From assembly GCA_041739995.1 (NCBI GenBank), contig JBGSMV010000018.1:1-64000 (forward strand): a DNA stretch of 64,000 nt, in the 5' to 3' direction. This DNA is from Bdellovibrionota bacterium. Lineage in GTDB: Bacteria > Bdellovibrionota_C > UBA2361 > JBGSMV01. Below the pieces are notes generated by a model. The model ran no database searches and was not told where the DNA came from. It saw only the letters and a list, made by a program, of their open reading frames with translations. The position numbers were made by a program, and so were the translations under genes. This document shows positions 29,167-38,879 of this stretch, piece by piece. How positions within the stretch are numbered: the first letter of the stretch is position 1; each line of letters begins with the position of its first letter.

Positions 29167-30282
29167 TTAGTCAGGAAGCACGTCCATGAAATAGGGGGTC
29201 AAAAGATCTCCGTACATTGCATGGCGAAGGGGACTAGGGTGGGGGTCAAAGCTCAAGGTGAGGTCTTCGGTCCTGATTTTTCTCCCGCGCACCATGCGCA
29301 TGAAGTCGGCTCTTAAACTGAAAACTCTAATGTCTTTCCGTTCGCGCAGCACCGGAATTTGATCGCGCCAAACGCGCCACTCCTTACGGGGATTAATCGC
29401 GAGCGAGAGTCGCAGTCCTCTGTCTCGCGTGATGTCACTAAGTTCAGTGAGCGCGCTACTCGGATCAAGACCCCTGAGTGCAGATTGCTGGCGTTTGAAT
29501 TTCAAGGAGTACTGGGGATCTACTGCTTGCATGCCAAGGCGAAGAAACTCGGATGAAGCAAGGATGCCGCCGGGACGAGAGAGGTCCTGCACAAAGAAAG
29601 GCATGTCAAAATCATTTTGAACAAAGAAGACCAAGACTTCGTCTGGATTGAAATCGAGGCCGGATTCTTTGAAGAGCGCTACTTCTTGAAATGTAGTGTA
29701 GCCCGGTACCCCAAAATTGAGGACTTCGAAGTTTATCGCGCCATTCGCCATTCGGTTTAGGTTGTCCTCAAGGCGTCGTGCAAAAGTTTCAGACGCTTCG
29801 ACCCCCCAGCCAAAGGTGAAGGAGTCACCCAGAAGCGCAATGCGATAGGTGTCGAGGGGTTTGGGAACTGCGCGTTCAACGTCACGCATACCACAAGAAT
29901 TGATGGAAACCTGGGCGCGTTGGAACTGAACTTCCAAGTTTGGTTTTAGGTCAAATATAATGCGGTCATCTTGGTGGGCATTGACGATATCTCGAAGGTT
30001 GGCTCGAGAAACCTCTTCAGAGACCGAAATGGGTGCCGCTGGATTGTCGCCATCTTGAGACAAAATCGCGCGACGAACCTCATCGAGAGATTGAAAAGTA
30101 GTTCCTGCGCTAGCCGGAAACAGAAGAGGATTGAGCACTCGTAGGCTGAGCTCGAGGAGTGCCAGCCCCAGAACGCTCCCAAAAACCACCATCCCGATAT
30201 ATATCCACAAGCGACTACCCGAGAAACTCGGAGAGCCCTTGTGCTGGCCTTGTGGGGCTGATTCTGAAAATGACATACGCAT
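29167..30282 (-). CDS. SGNH/GDSL hydrolase family protein with N-terminal TM
   Basis: LGDSFTFGWGV, NFGVPGY, QND, DPHP. Confidence 0.9.
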   Translation of the reverse strand: MRMSFSESAPQGQHKGSPSFSGSRLWIYIGMVVFGSVLGLALLELSLRVLNPLLFPASAGTTFQSLDEVRRAILSQDGDNPAAPISVSEEVSRANLRDIVNAHQDDRIIFDLKPNLEVQFQRAQVSINSCGMRDVERAVPKPLDTYRIALLGDSFTFGWGVEASETFARRLEDNLNRMANGAINFEVLNFGVPGYTTFQEVALFKESGLDFNPDEVLVFFVQNDFDMPFFVQDLSRPGGILASSEFLRLGMQAVDPQYSLKFKRQQSALRGLDPSSALTELSDITRDRGLRLSLAINPRKEWRVWRDQIPVLRERKDIRVFSLRADFMRMVRGRKIRTEDLTLSFDPHPSPLRHAMYGDLLTPYFMDVLPD

Positions 30283-30381
30283 TTAGTCTATCGACGCACA
30301 CCCTTGGGGGCAACTTGCACCAATGTGGTGAAACTGGGCCTACAGGAGTGGGGAAAAATGAGTCGTTCCTCAGTTTCTACC

Positions 30382-30524
30382 CTAGTGTTCTGAGTTAGAA
30401 GTTCGCCTAAGCATCTTTCTCGCTGTCCTCGCCGAACTCCTTGTGTAATTCGTTAGATATATTCACAAAGAGATCAGTGAGCGCAGCGAGAATTATTCAT
30501 AGAACCCTTAACTCAGGACACGAT
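30382..30524 (+). mobile_element. MITE family A, copy 6 (143 bp)
   Basis: CTAGTGTTCTGAGTTAGAAGTTC ... GAACCCTTAACTCAGGACAC. Confidence 0.88.
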
Positions 30525-30557
30525 CAGGCTTGTGAAAAACTCTCTTCGCAAAGCCTG
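30525..30557. repeat. Family D hairpin, minimal copy
   Basis: CAGGCTTGTGAAAAACTCTCTTCGCAAAGCCTG resembles CAGGGTCGTGAAAAACTCTTTTCCCGACCCTG at 17586. Confidence 0.55.
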
Positions 30558-30600
30558 CCAGGAACGATTCACTCCAAGAACCCCGCGCCGAAAGGCGCCT

Positions 30601-31569
30601 CTAAGAAGGCGCTCCCGCGACTGCTGAGACAGAGAGAGAGCTAGAAAGAGCCTCAATCGGATCTCCTGCGCTGTACGAGAATTTAATTGAGATGCGATCG
30701 CTGGTTTTTACCTTGATGGGGGTGGGGAGGGGAAGAACCAGATAGAAGTTATGCCAGTCGACCGTGGTGTTTTCCTGAAGGTTTACGTTCAGCACGTTCT
30801 TGGTGACGAAGCGAATCGCGTTGAGTTCTCCGGGATCTGCAATTTTCACCGTTCCATCAAACTTTAGCTCGGGGGGACAGGCATTGCGGTATTCGAAGAA
30901 CGAGTACACAAGCGGGTCGGTTAACCCTACGGTGTTTGTCTCGGAATCGTGAGGCTCAAAAAAAAGCGTAATTGGCGCATGGTACCCGTGGAAATCGAAT
31001 TTCTGCTGTACCGGCTGAGCCGCAAGAATCGTGGCCTCGGGAATAAAGAGTGGGAGTCGAGATCCGAAACGAGCTTGATAGTTTTTCTTGAAAGCCTCTA
31101 TCACTTGAACTTGCTTCTCTCTCAGCAGTGCAGAGTGAAGCATCTCGCAAATAACCACATCTACTTCTTCAGGCGGGCAGTACTCTCGAGCATCTGCGAG
31201 AATCACCTCGACGCGATCTCCTAGCTGGTTTGAAGATATGAGCCCCTTTGCTACCTCGAACATTTGAGGGTTGCGCTCGACGCTCCAGACCTTGCTGGCT
31301 TTCTTTGCAGCGAAAGACGAAAGAATGCCCGTGCCCGCACCAAGCTCCACTACCTTGCCGCCTTCAGGGACTGCGCGGAGAATGGCTTGCTCGAATCCGC
31401 CAACGCGGGACTCATCTAAGAGCATCTGATAATGATAATGTAGAGGAATGTATTGTCCGAGCAGTTGATCTCCATCCGAGGTGTTCGAAGCTTCGCAGCC
31501 AAATGACCTGTCTGAGCAGGTTCCCTCAGGAGTGGAATTGGGTTTACGGGTTGCGCTCTCACTGTTCAC
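30601..31569 (-). CDS. Class I SAM-dependent methyltransferase, protein-arginine-methyltransferase-like
   Basis: YHYQMLLDESR, VVELGAGTGILS, DVVICEMLHSALLRE, FIPE, beta-rich C-terminus. Confidence 0.8.
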   Translation of the reverse strand: MNSESATRKPNSTPEGTCSDRSFGCEASNTSDGDQLLGQYIPLHYHYQMLLDESRVGGFEQAILRAVPEGGKVVELGAGTGILSSFAAKKASKVWSVERNPQMFEVAKGLISSNQLGDRVEVILADAREYCPPEEVDVVICEMLHSALLREKQVQVIEAFKKNYQARFGSRLPLFIPEATILAAQPVQQKFDFHGYHAPITLFFEPHDSETNTVGLTDPLVYSFFEYRNACPPELKFDGTVKIADPGELNAIRFVTKNVLNVNLQENTTVDWHNFYLVLPLPTPIKVKTSDRISIKFSYSAGDPIEALSSSLSVSAVAGAPS

Positions 31570-31591
31570 GACATTTCTCCTAGTTATCTAT

Positions 31592-31782
31592 CGAGTGTGC
31601 TAAGTCAGAAGTTCATTTAAGTATTTTTCTCGCCGTTCTCGCTGAACTTCGTTCTTGCTGAACTCCGTTCTTACTGAACTGATTGCGTAATTCATTAAAT
31701 ATATTCACAAAGAGAGCAGCGATCGCGATTCCCCAGGACCACTCGGGGAATTATTCATCGAACTCCTAATTCAGGACACTAG
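31592..31782 (+). mobile_element. MITE family A, copy 7 (191 bp, internal expansion)
   Basis: Same ends; internal GTTCTYRCTGAACT x3 and an inserted hairpin. Confidence 0.85.
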
Positions 31783-31794
31783 GGAAACTCTGAA

Positions 31795-31900
31795 AAACTA
31801 AATCTTAGTGGTCTTGACGGTCTTGGTGGTGCAAACAAACTCTAGAAATTGGCCTGAATTTGATTAAACCACGAAGACCACAAAGCGCACGAAGATAGAA
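31795..31900 (+). repeat. Intergenic repeat family C, copy 3
   Basis: Matches 27580-27676 and 5626-5709. Confidence 0.85.
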
Positions 31901-32018
31901 ACACGGGTAATTCAGAGGGTCCCTAGTAAAGACTAGGCGCATGCTATATTTGTTCGGTTGCACCGGAAAGCTTTTTTTCGGAGTGATGGTCCTACAATGC
32001 GCCATGAGGAGCTTAAAA

Positions 32019-32885
32019 ATGCCTGAAAAACGTGTGAGCGGTTCGTTGATTGTGCGCTTGGTCGCATTGACTCCGAAGCTGCTTATTAGTCGGTTTATAG
32101 GTGTTCTGGTGCAGCTAAGGCTACCACGTGTTCTCGCGCAGCCGATCGTGCAAGCCTTTAGGAGCTTCTTTAAGATTGACCTAACTGAGGCCATCGTTCC
32201 CCCGAACGGATTTCCTTCGATAGGTGAGCTTTTTACCAGAGAATTGAAGGTGGGTGCGCGCCCGATGCCATCCGAGGAAGGTGAGTTCGTTTACCCAGTC
32301 GACGGTAAGTTGCGGGAGTATGGGCCAGGAACAAACCGAACCTGGAGCGTAAAGGGGCTCGACTGCAGCATAGAAGGACTATTGGGAGGGAACCCGTTGG
32401 CGTCGCGGCTTTCCAGTGCCGAGGTTTTTCATCTCTATCTCTCGCCCCCTGACTATCACCACGTACACGCACCGATAGGCGGAAATATTGTAGAGAGCCA
32501 GTATGTCCCGGGCACCCTTTGGCCGGTCAATGATTGGGCACTAAGCAACGTGCAAGGCTTGTTTTGTGTCAATGAGCGACTCATTACCTATATCGAAAGT
32601 GAGTTCGGACTGGTCGCGGTGGTCATGGTGGGAGCGCTTAATGTGGGGCGCATCACGGTGCAGTTTGATTCTTGGGTCACCAACACGGGGCGAATTCCGA
32701 CTGAGCTTCAGCGTCACTACGATCCTCCGCGTGCAATTGTTCGCGGAGAACGCCTAGGGACTTTTCACATGGGCTCTTCGGTTGTGCTCATAATTGAGCG
32801 ACGCCCTGGGAATAGAGCTGATTGGCAATGTGCTTTGGGGCCTTGTCGCTGGGGTCAGCAGCTCTTTTCCGTCCCACCTAACTAG
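32019..32885 (+). CDS. psd: Phosphatidylserine decarboxylase proenzyme
   Basis: FTRELK, PVDG, YLSPPDYHHVHAP, NER, VGALNVG, FHMGSSVV self-cleavage motif; ATG at 32019 after GAGGAG. Confidence 0.93.
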   Translation: MPEKRVSGSLIVRLVALTPKLLISRFIGVLVQLRLPRVLAQPIVQAFRSFFKIDLTEAIVPPNGFPSIGELFTRELKVGARPMPSEEGEFVYPVDGKLREYGPGTNRTWSVKGLDCSIEGLLGGNPLASRLSSAEVFHLYLSPPDYHHVHAPIGGNIVESQYVPGTLWPVNDWALSNVQGLFCVNERLITYIESEFGLVAVVMVGALNVGRITVQFDSWVTNTGRIPTELQRHYDPPRAIVRGERLGTFHMGSSVVLIIERRPGNRADWQCALGPCRWGQQLFSVPPN

Positions 32886-33032
32886 CTGATCATACATCTA
32901 TATTCTTTTCGAGAAGCATAACCTTTAGGGCAATCGATATGGGGGGAGAAGTTCCTCTTGTCGTCGAGCGTGCCTACCTCTCAAGTGGTGCGGGCTCATA
33001 AGCGCAGAGGAGTCGCAAGATGATTTTGTGTC

Positions 33033-34040
33033 GTGAGCCCGGTGTCCATGAGTGTGTTTCAGTTCATTAAATTAAGTCGAAAGTGGTGGAAGACTTGGGG
33101 TACGTTGCCAGTGCTTCCATGGATCAGGGCGGCGCAACATTACAAGACCGGTAGTTTTGCCAAGGCTATTCCGCTGTATCGTGCAGGACTCGAGCGTTAT
33201 CGCGGACACCCCGCACATTTATGCGCGCGACTAGATCTCGCATTTTGCTTGTTCAAACTCGGAAAGCTCTCAGAAGCCGAAGGAGAGTTGAAGCTCGCGG
33301 TTAATCAGTGTCCCGAAAGCCGTGATGCGCAGCTTCGGCTGGCACAGTTTCAAATGTGGGTTGGACATCCGCTGCAAGCGGCTTGGACCATGCGACGGGC
33401 GCTGAAAGTTCTTGCCTACGACCCTGAGTGCGCCGCAACATTTGCCCTTGCGGTACTGGAAGGCGGAGGACCCCCGTACCTTCTTAAGGAAGCACATAGA
33501 CAACTTTCTCGTGCCTCTGAATGTTCTAGCATAGGGGATCGAGCGGCGCGTAAAGTGGCGGTCGCCCAAGCACGCTTTATGGTCGAGCGCGGAAACTTTG
33601 AACGCGGGCGAGATGAGCTCTATCATCTGACCTGTGAAGGCTCTACTTCTTTGGAGGCTATCACCGCCTATTCCGAAATTCTAATCGATGAAGGTAAAAT
33701 TCCCTTTGCCCGTCAGCAACTACGTCGTGGACTTTTAGTGGCGCCAAATCATCCGCGAGTGCTTTCGTTACTTGCTGAGTCCTACATGCGCCCCGGCCAG
33801 TTCCAAAATCCTGACTATGCTCTGCAACTTTCTACGAATGCGTGTCAGTTCACGGATTGGAGCAGCCCGCGCGAGCTGCATGTTATGGCGGAAGCCTATC
33901 ATCTGGTCGGCGACAAAATGGCTGCGCTCTTGATGGCCAGCAAGGCAAAGCAGGTAGGTTCGCAAATTTTGAGTTCGTACCGAAAATCAAGGTCTTTAAA
34001 TAGGTTAATTGAGCAGCTTTCAACCGGCACTTTGGCATAG
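33033..34040 (+). CDS. Tetratricopeptide-repeat protein
   Basis: Repeated TPR-like helices (ARLDLAFCLFKLGKLSEAE, PNHPRVLSLLAESY). Confidence 0.75.
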   Translation: MSPVSMSVFQFIKLSRKWWKTWGTLPVLPWIRAAQHYKTGSFAKAIPLYRAGLERYRGHPAHLCARLDLAFCLFKLGKLSEAEGELKLAVNQCPESRDAQLRLAQFQMWVGHPLQAAWTMRRALKVLAYDPECAATFALAVLEGGGPPYLLKEAHRQLSRASECSSIGDRAARKVAVAQARFMVERGNFERGRDELYHLTCEGSTSLEAITAYSEILIDEGKIPFARQQLRRGLLVAPNHPRVLSLLAESYMRPGQFQNPDYALQLSTNACQFTDWSSPRELHVMAEAYHLVGDKMAALLMASKAKQVGSQILSSYRKSRSLNRLIEQLSTGTLA

Positions 34041-34139
34041 TGGCGTGCAGGGGAATCCTCTGACACATCTTGCCAAAGCGCTATGACTCTTGAGGGAGAG
34101 TGATTCCCTTCGGGAGCTGAAAGCAGCGAGAGAGAGTAT

Positions 34140-34364
34140 ATGAGTCGCTCGACAACGCAGCCTTCGGCCCCACCAGCGCCTTCTACTCATGCGGACACTT
34201 CGGGGGAGCTGACTGCTCCGCCTGGGAGTGAGCGTCTTGAGTTACAAGTGCGTGAACTTTTAGAAGTAGTGGGATCTGCTCGGGGACTGGCGCTCACAGA
34301 TAAACGGTTCCGAGATGAGGTTGCAATGCTGGTTAGGGGTGGAAGAGGGTCATCCGGCGCCTAG
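34140..34364 (+). CDS. Small hypothetical protein
   Basis: ATG after a purine-rich RBS; fills the gap between co-oriented genes. Confidence 0.45.
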   Translation: MSRSTTQPSAPPAPSTHADTSGELTAPPGSERLELQVRELLEVVGSARGLALTDKRFRDEVAMLVRGGRGSSGA

Positions 34365-34392
34365 GGCGGTTTGCTGAAATTGAGTGTGTGTA

Positions 34393-34875
34393 ATGGCCTT
34401 CGAGAACAACAGCGACGGACACCAGTCGGGGCAAAGTAGGCCGCCCCCGCTCTCGGTGTCGGAAAACTACGATGAAATTTTTGAGATCGAGATAGACTGC
34501 TGGTGCTACGGGTTTATCAAATTTCCCGGAGAGATCACCGCACCGCTAGTGCACCGAGTGCTTAAAGAGCTTGGGCCGGTCCTGCAGGCCGCAATCGATC
34601 ACAATTTTGTATTTGACGTTTTAAGCACTGCCCAGTCTCTGTTCAAGGCTACGGCAGGTGTGGTGAGCGAGCGCGAAATTTGTTTCTCCCTACTCGCACA
34701 GCTTCCTACACCTCAGATTCTTACCGAAGACGGTCAGTTTGTGTTGGCACAAATCATAGATCGCGCCGAACAAGCCCATGCTGGTGTGCTCGCACGCATG
34801 GAAAAGCGTTGGAAGGCCTCGCGAGATGCTCCGTCGGCGGAGGAGAAAAGGCTTTCACAACGAGTAGGCTCTTAA
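34393..34875 (+). CDS. Hypothetical protein
   Basis: About 160-aa globular-looking ORF, no recognised motif. Confidence 0.65.
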   Translation: MAFENNSDGHQSGQSRPPPLSVSENYDEIFEIEIDCWCYGFIKFPGEITAPLVHRVLKELGPVLQAAIDHNFVFDVLSTAQSLFKATAGVVSEREICFSLLAQLPTPQILTEDGQFVLAQIIDRAEQAHAGVLARMEKRWKASRDAPSAEEKRLSQRVGS

Positions 34876-34941
34876 ACGTTCTCGCCCGAGCAGGTGCAAT
34901 TGTCTCATGCCTGCACTTTCAATTGAGCGATGAATCTGGTT

Positions 34942-35682
34942 TCAAACGGTAGAGGATCTTTTACCGCGGCGGTGACGTGAGGAGCGTCGAGCTCCGCCAG
35001 TTCTCACCGCCTTTGTTGTGGTAAAAAGCTTCGTCGCTCTGCACTTGCTTAAAAAGTCAGCGAACTGCCTGCGAAGTTGAGTGGCCACTTCGATATTTCC
35101 CTCGACCTGCTCAAGTGCCAGGGCAGCGGCTTCGATAGTCGAGAGACTTTCTCGGCGCGGCTCACGACGAAGATCTCCGTATAAGGACGGAGTCGCTGGC
35201 GTGAGGACGATGCGCCTTAGTTTCAAAAGCCAGGGATTGCGCCACCACATCGCCTTCGCTTGGCGCCAGTTGCCGTCAAGAACCACAATTCCTTCCAGCA
35301 CTGGCGAGGAGCTAGGCGTGGCACCTTTAATCGTTGAGTCAGTGTGCTCATGCGAGCGTTCTTTAGTACCAAGGAAAAGAACACCCCAGCGCTTCGGGTC
35401 GAGTGCAGGCTCGCGAGAGTCAGGGCTCGGTTTTCTGCCGAGGGCGCTTGTTAAATTTCTCCACGAAAGTCCGACACGCAGGGTCGAGTTCGTGAGAGCC
35501 TTATGCAGAATGATGGCGGTCCCCAGTTCCTTATCTGGTTCCTGAGGGTGCTGTAATATTAGCACATGGGTTTTGGTTGGTAGTGGCGCTGAATGCGCAC
35601 ACATGCAGAGACTGAGCCGCTTTTGACAATGCGCGCACTGCGACTGTTGAACCTGACCTTCGCTTACCATACTGGAGCCCAT
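34942..35682 (-). CDS. DTW-domain protein (tRNA acp3U aminocarboxypropyltransferase-like)
   Basis: CxxC..CxC, ILQHPQE, VLDGNWRQAK (DxTW variant), LSTIEA. Confidence 0.85.
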   Translation of the reverse strand: MGSSMVSEGQVQQSQCAHCQKRLSLCMCAHSAPLPTKTHVLILQHPQEPDKELGTAIILHKALTNSTLRVGLSWRNLTSALGRKPSPDSREPALDPKRWGVLFLGTKERSHEHTDSTIKGATPSSSPVLEGIVVLDGNWRQAKAMWWRNPWLLKLRRIVLTPATPSLYGDLRREPRRESLSTIEAAALALEQVEGNIEVATQLRRQFADFLSKCRATKLFTTTKAVRTGGARRSSRHRRGKRSSTV

Positions 35683-35959
35683 TAATCTGACTTATACGGT
35701 TGGTTGCAGAGCTATTTTTCCTAAATCACCGAAGGCCCACGCCGCAGTGCGCGCCGCTTTCGTTCTGCTCGGACGCACTTGCCTTAAGAGGCCGCAGAGT
35801 AGCGGAGCGCCAATTTCCTGACACTACCGTCAATATCACTCTACTGGAGCAAAGGGTAACTAGCTGAAAATACGTAAATTCATGGCGGCAATCGCTGCGC
35901 ACGGCGCTTGCAATGCAAAGGGCTCTGGGAGAACGACTCGAACTAAGAAGGAGCTGCTT

Positions 35960-36367
35960 GTGAGCCTGATTGACCGCATCTTCGATAAGACCTTTACGGG
36001 GCTGCAGCGCACCATGGATCTTACGTGGCGCCGCAACGAGGTAATCACCAGTAACATTACTAACGCTGAGACTCCGCAGTACCGCGCCGCTGATTTCTCC
36101 TTTGCGGGAGAACTGGATCGCGCCTTCGGTGATTCGACAGAGGCGCTCAAGCGAACAAGCTCCAAACATCTTGATACCACCTCTTCCTCTAGTGCCCATA
36201 TCACACCCGATCTTTCCGGTGCAACGAAGGCGGACGGAAACAATGTCGACATAGAAATCCAAATGGGCCAGATGGCGAGCAATTCTGGAAAGTTTTCAGT
36301 CGCCGCTGACCTCTATCGGCGCAAACTAAGCCACATGAAGATGGCCATAAGAGAAGCAGGGAGGTAA
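35960..36367 (+). CDS. flgB: Flagellar basal-body rod protein FlgB
   Basis: SNITNAETPQYRA, DGNNVDIE; GTG at 35960 after AAGGAG. Confidence 0.93.
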   Translation: MSLIDRIFDKTFTGLQRTMDLTWRRNEVITSNITNAETPQYRAADFSFAGELDRAFGDSTEALKRTSSKHLDTTSSSSAHITPDLSGATKADGNNVDIEIQMGQMASNSGKFSVAADLYRRKLSHMKMAIREAGR

Positions 36368-36374
36368 CTAGGGT

Positions 36375-36803
36375 ATGCCGGGTTCACTTGAAGTACTTGC
36401 TCGATCCCTTAGCGTCCAGCGTCTTCGTGTAGACGTGATTGCGTCCAATATCGCCAATGCCGAGACCACCCGAACGCCCGAGGGGGGTCCGTATCGGCGC
36501 CGTGACATCCTGCAGGTAGCAAATGAGTATCGTCCAGACTTTGCATCTGCCCTTGATCGCATGACCCTCGCCGTCCCTAAGGTTCAGGCGGTACTCGAAG
36601 ACCAAGAAGAGCCACGCTTAGTTTATCAACCAGGCCACCCCGACGCGAACCAAGAGGGGTACGTATCGTATCCAAATATCAATGTGGTGACCTCAATGAC
36701 AGATCTTATGACGGCAAGTCGTCTGTATCAGGCAAATATTGTTGCGGTCGAGAACGTGCGAAACATGGCGCGGGACGCAAGGTCGCTCGCACAGTCGGCA
36801 TAA
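36375..36803 (+). CDS. flgC: Flagellar basal-body rod protein FlgC
   Basis: SNIANAETTRTPEGGPYRR, YQPGHPDA, GYVSYPNIN. Confidence 0.96.
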   Translation: MPGSLEVLARSLSVQRLRVDVIASNIANAETTRTPEGGPYRRRDILQVANEYRPDFASALDRMTLAVPKVQAVLEDQEEPRLVYQPGHPDANQEGYVSYPNINVVTSMTDLMTASRLYQANIVAVENVRNMARDARSLAQSA

Positions 36804-36861
36804 AGCAGCGGTGAAACAGCGCCAATAAGGCACAAGTCAAAGAGTCTAGGGAGAAGTAGAT

Positions 36862-37188
36862 ATGAGCATAGAAGGAATTAAGTCAGGCCTCGCGAAATAC
36901 GCACAGATTGAAAGAATTACTAACCCAGCTCCCGTGGTGCCTGGCAAAACCGAGAGCGGAGGTGGGCCTAGCTTTAGTCAGATGCTGGGGAATTCTCTGC
37001 AGGAAGTGAACTCATTGCAGCATCAGGCGGATGGGAAGATCAAAGATCTCGTACTAAACCGCGATGAAACCACTACGCATGAAGCAATGATTGCTCTCGA
37101 GCAAGCAGACGTTGCCTTCCAGCTGATGAACAACATTCGATCGAAGATCGTTCGTGCTTACGAAGAGGTGATGCGAACTCAGGTGTAA
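36862..37188 (+). CDS. fliE: Flagellar hook-basal body protein FliE
   Basis: SFSQML, HEAMIA, IRSKIVRAYEEVMRTQV. Confidence 0.95.
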   Translation: MSIEGIKSGLAKYAQIERITNPAPVVPGKTESGGGPSFSQMLGNSLQEVNSLQHQADGKIKDLVLNRDETTTHEAMIALEQADVAFQLMNNIRSKIVRAYEEVMRTQV

Positions 37189-37223
37189 GCGAGCGGTAAT
37201 CAACGGCGTTAAAGGAGAGTGCG

Positions 37224-38879
37224 GTGGCAAGTTCATTCGATCCGAGTGCGGTATTGGGACAGCTGACAGAAAGCTTCATGAAGCTTCCCCTGCTTCAGAA
37301 GATAATGTTTCCCTTGCTGATTGTGGGGGCGGTCAGTGGAATCGTTTGGGTGGCAAATTGGGCCAATCGCCCTGACTACGTAGTACTATTCTCGGACCTT
37401 AAGCCTACCGATTCAGCCGCCGTGGTAGGAAAGCTCAAGGATAGAAAAATCGCATACCAAGTTAGAGGCGATGGGACCTCGATTGCCATCTCTCCACCAG
37501 AAATTGTGCATGAGCTTCGCATCGAGCTCGCCGGTGAGGGCGTTCCGCAGGGCGGAGTAGTGGGCCTTGAAATTTTTGAAAATACCAATCTAGGAACCAC
37601 CACATTCCAAGAAAAAATTAAACTTCAGCGTGCGATTCAAGGGGAACTCGAACGCACCATTGGCGCGCTTGAAGCCGTTCACTCGGCGCGCGTGCATTTG
37701 GCGCAGCCTGAAAAGAGCGTCTTTGCAAAGAAGGGCAGCGAGCCAACAGCTTCCGTTATGCTGCAATTGGAAGCGGGTGCTGAGCTGACCAAGCAGCAAA
37801 TAAAGGGAATCACCAATCTCGTTGCGGGGAGTGTCGAGGGCCTTAATGTTAAAAATGTGACGTTGATCGATGTTCGAGGAAATTTGCTCTCGGTTGACGA
37901 GGAAAATGAAGACTCGTTGACCATGGAGGCAACTCGACTGCAGTATCAGCGCGAGGTCGAGAAGGGGTTTGCGCAAAGAATTGAGCAAATGCTCATGATG
38001 GTACTCGGACCGAATCGTGTCATTGCCCGAGTATCAGCAGACTTAGACTTCTCAGCGACCGAACGTGAGGAGGAGAGTTTTGATCCAGGCGGGCAGGTAA
38101 TTCGCTCTGAGCGCACCGTTGAAGAAGGTGCGGGCACACAGCAACGAGGTGGAATTCCAGGGGTTGTTTCAAATCTTGCAAGTGATCCAGATTTGCTTTC
38201 AGCCCCCGGTACGGGGAAACAGGAGTCTCAGCGTAGGGAAGCCGTAAAGAATTTTGAAGTTTCAAGAGCGATTAGCAAAGTATCATCCCCTCGTGGGCAG
38301 CTTACTAGGCTTTCAGTAGCCGTTCTGGTGGATGGCATTTACGACAAACAACCTGTTCCGACCGATGGAAGTCGCGCCGCTGACCCTATATTCAAGCCGC
38401 TTGATCCAGAAATGATCGCCCGAATCGAGTCCCTGGTGCGTAGCGCGGTCGGGTTTGATGCATCCCGCGGGGATACCGTTACGGTCGAGAACATCGCGTT
38501 CCACGCCCCGACCGAAGATTTCACCGAGATGATGTCGGGTAAGGCCACTCAAGATTTGATCTTCAATGTGCTGTATCGAGCTGGACCGTTGGTATTTATT
38601 CTTCTGTTCTTCCTCGTGATCGTAAGACCGTTGGTGAAGTTCCTGGTAACCCCAACAGAAGCAGAGGTGGATCTGACGCGCCTGCTTCCGACTGGTATTC
38701 AAGACTTGGAGAAAGAGCTTGAGTCGGAGCGCACACGAGCCTCGGTACCAACCTACGAGCCTTCAGTGGACATAGAGCAACTTGAGCAGATGATGGCTGA
38801 GAACTCACGTATCGTGAAAGAGAACCCACAGCAAGCTGCACTCCTGATTCGATACTGGCTCAATGACGGGAGGTTATAG
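37224..38879 (+). CDS. fliF: Flagellar MS-ring protein FliF
   Basis: GLEIFE, RAIQGELERTI, ARVHLA, PTASV, RLSVAVLVDG, GFDASRGDTV; two TMs. Confidence 0.97.
   Translation: MASSFDPSAVLGQLTESFMKLPLLQKIMFPLLIVGAVSGIVWVANWANRPDYVVLFSDLKPTDSAAVVGKLKDRKIAYQVRGDGTSIAISPPEIVHELRIELAGEGVPQGGVVGLEIFENTNLGTTTFQEKIKLQRAIQGELERTIGALEAVHSARVHLAQPEKSVFAKKGSEPTASVMLQLEAGAELTKQQIKGITNLVAGSVEGLNVKNVTLIDVRGNLLSVDEENEDSLTMEATRLQYQREVEKGFAQRIEQMLMMVLGPNRVIARVSADLDFSATEREEESFDPGGQVIRSERTVEEGAGTQQRGGIPGVVSNLASDPDLLSAPGTGKQESQRREAVKNFEVSRAISKVSSPRGQLTRLSVAVLVDGIYDKQPVPTDGSRAADPIFKPLDPEMIARIESLVRSAVGFDASRGDTVTVENIAFHAPTEDFTEMMSGKATQDLIFNVLYRAGPLVFILLFFLVIVRPLVKFLVTPTEAEVDLTRLLPTGIQDLEKELESERTRASVPTYEPSVDIEQLEQMMAENSRIVKENPQQAALLIRYWLNDGRL

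Noticed and set aside
35897..35912. Sigma-54-like promoter GCGCACGGCGCTTGCA upstream of flgB
   Set aside because: Spacing and TTGC fit, but the near-invariant GG at -24 is CG; too weak to call
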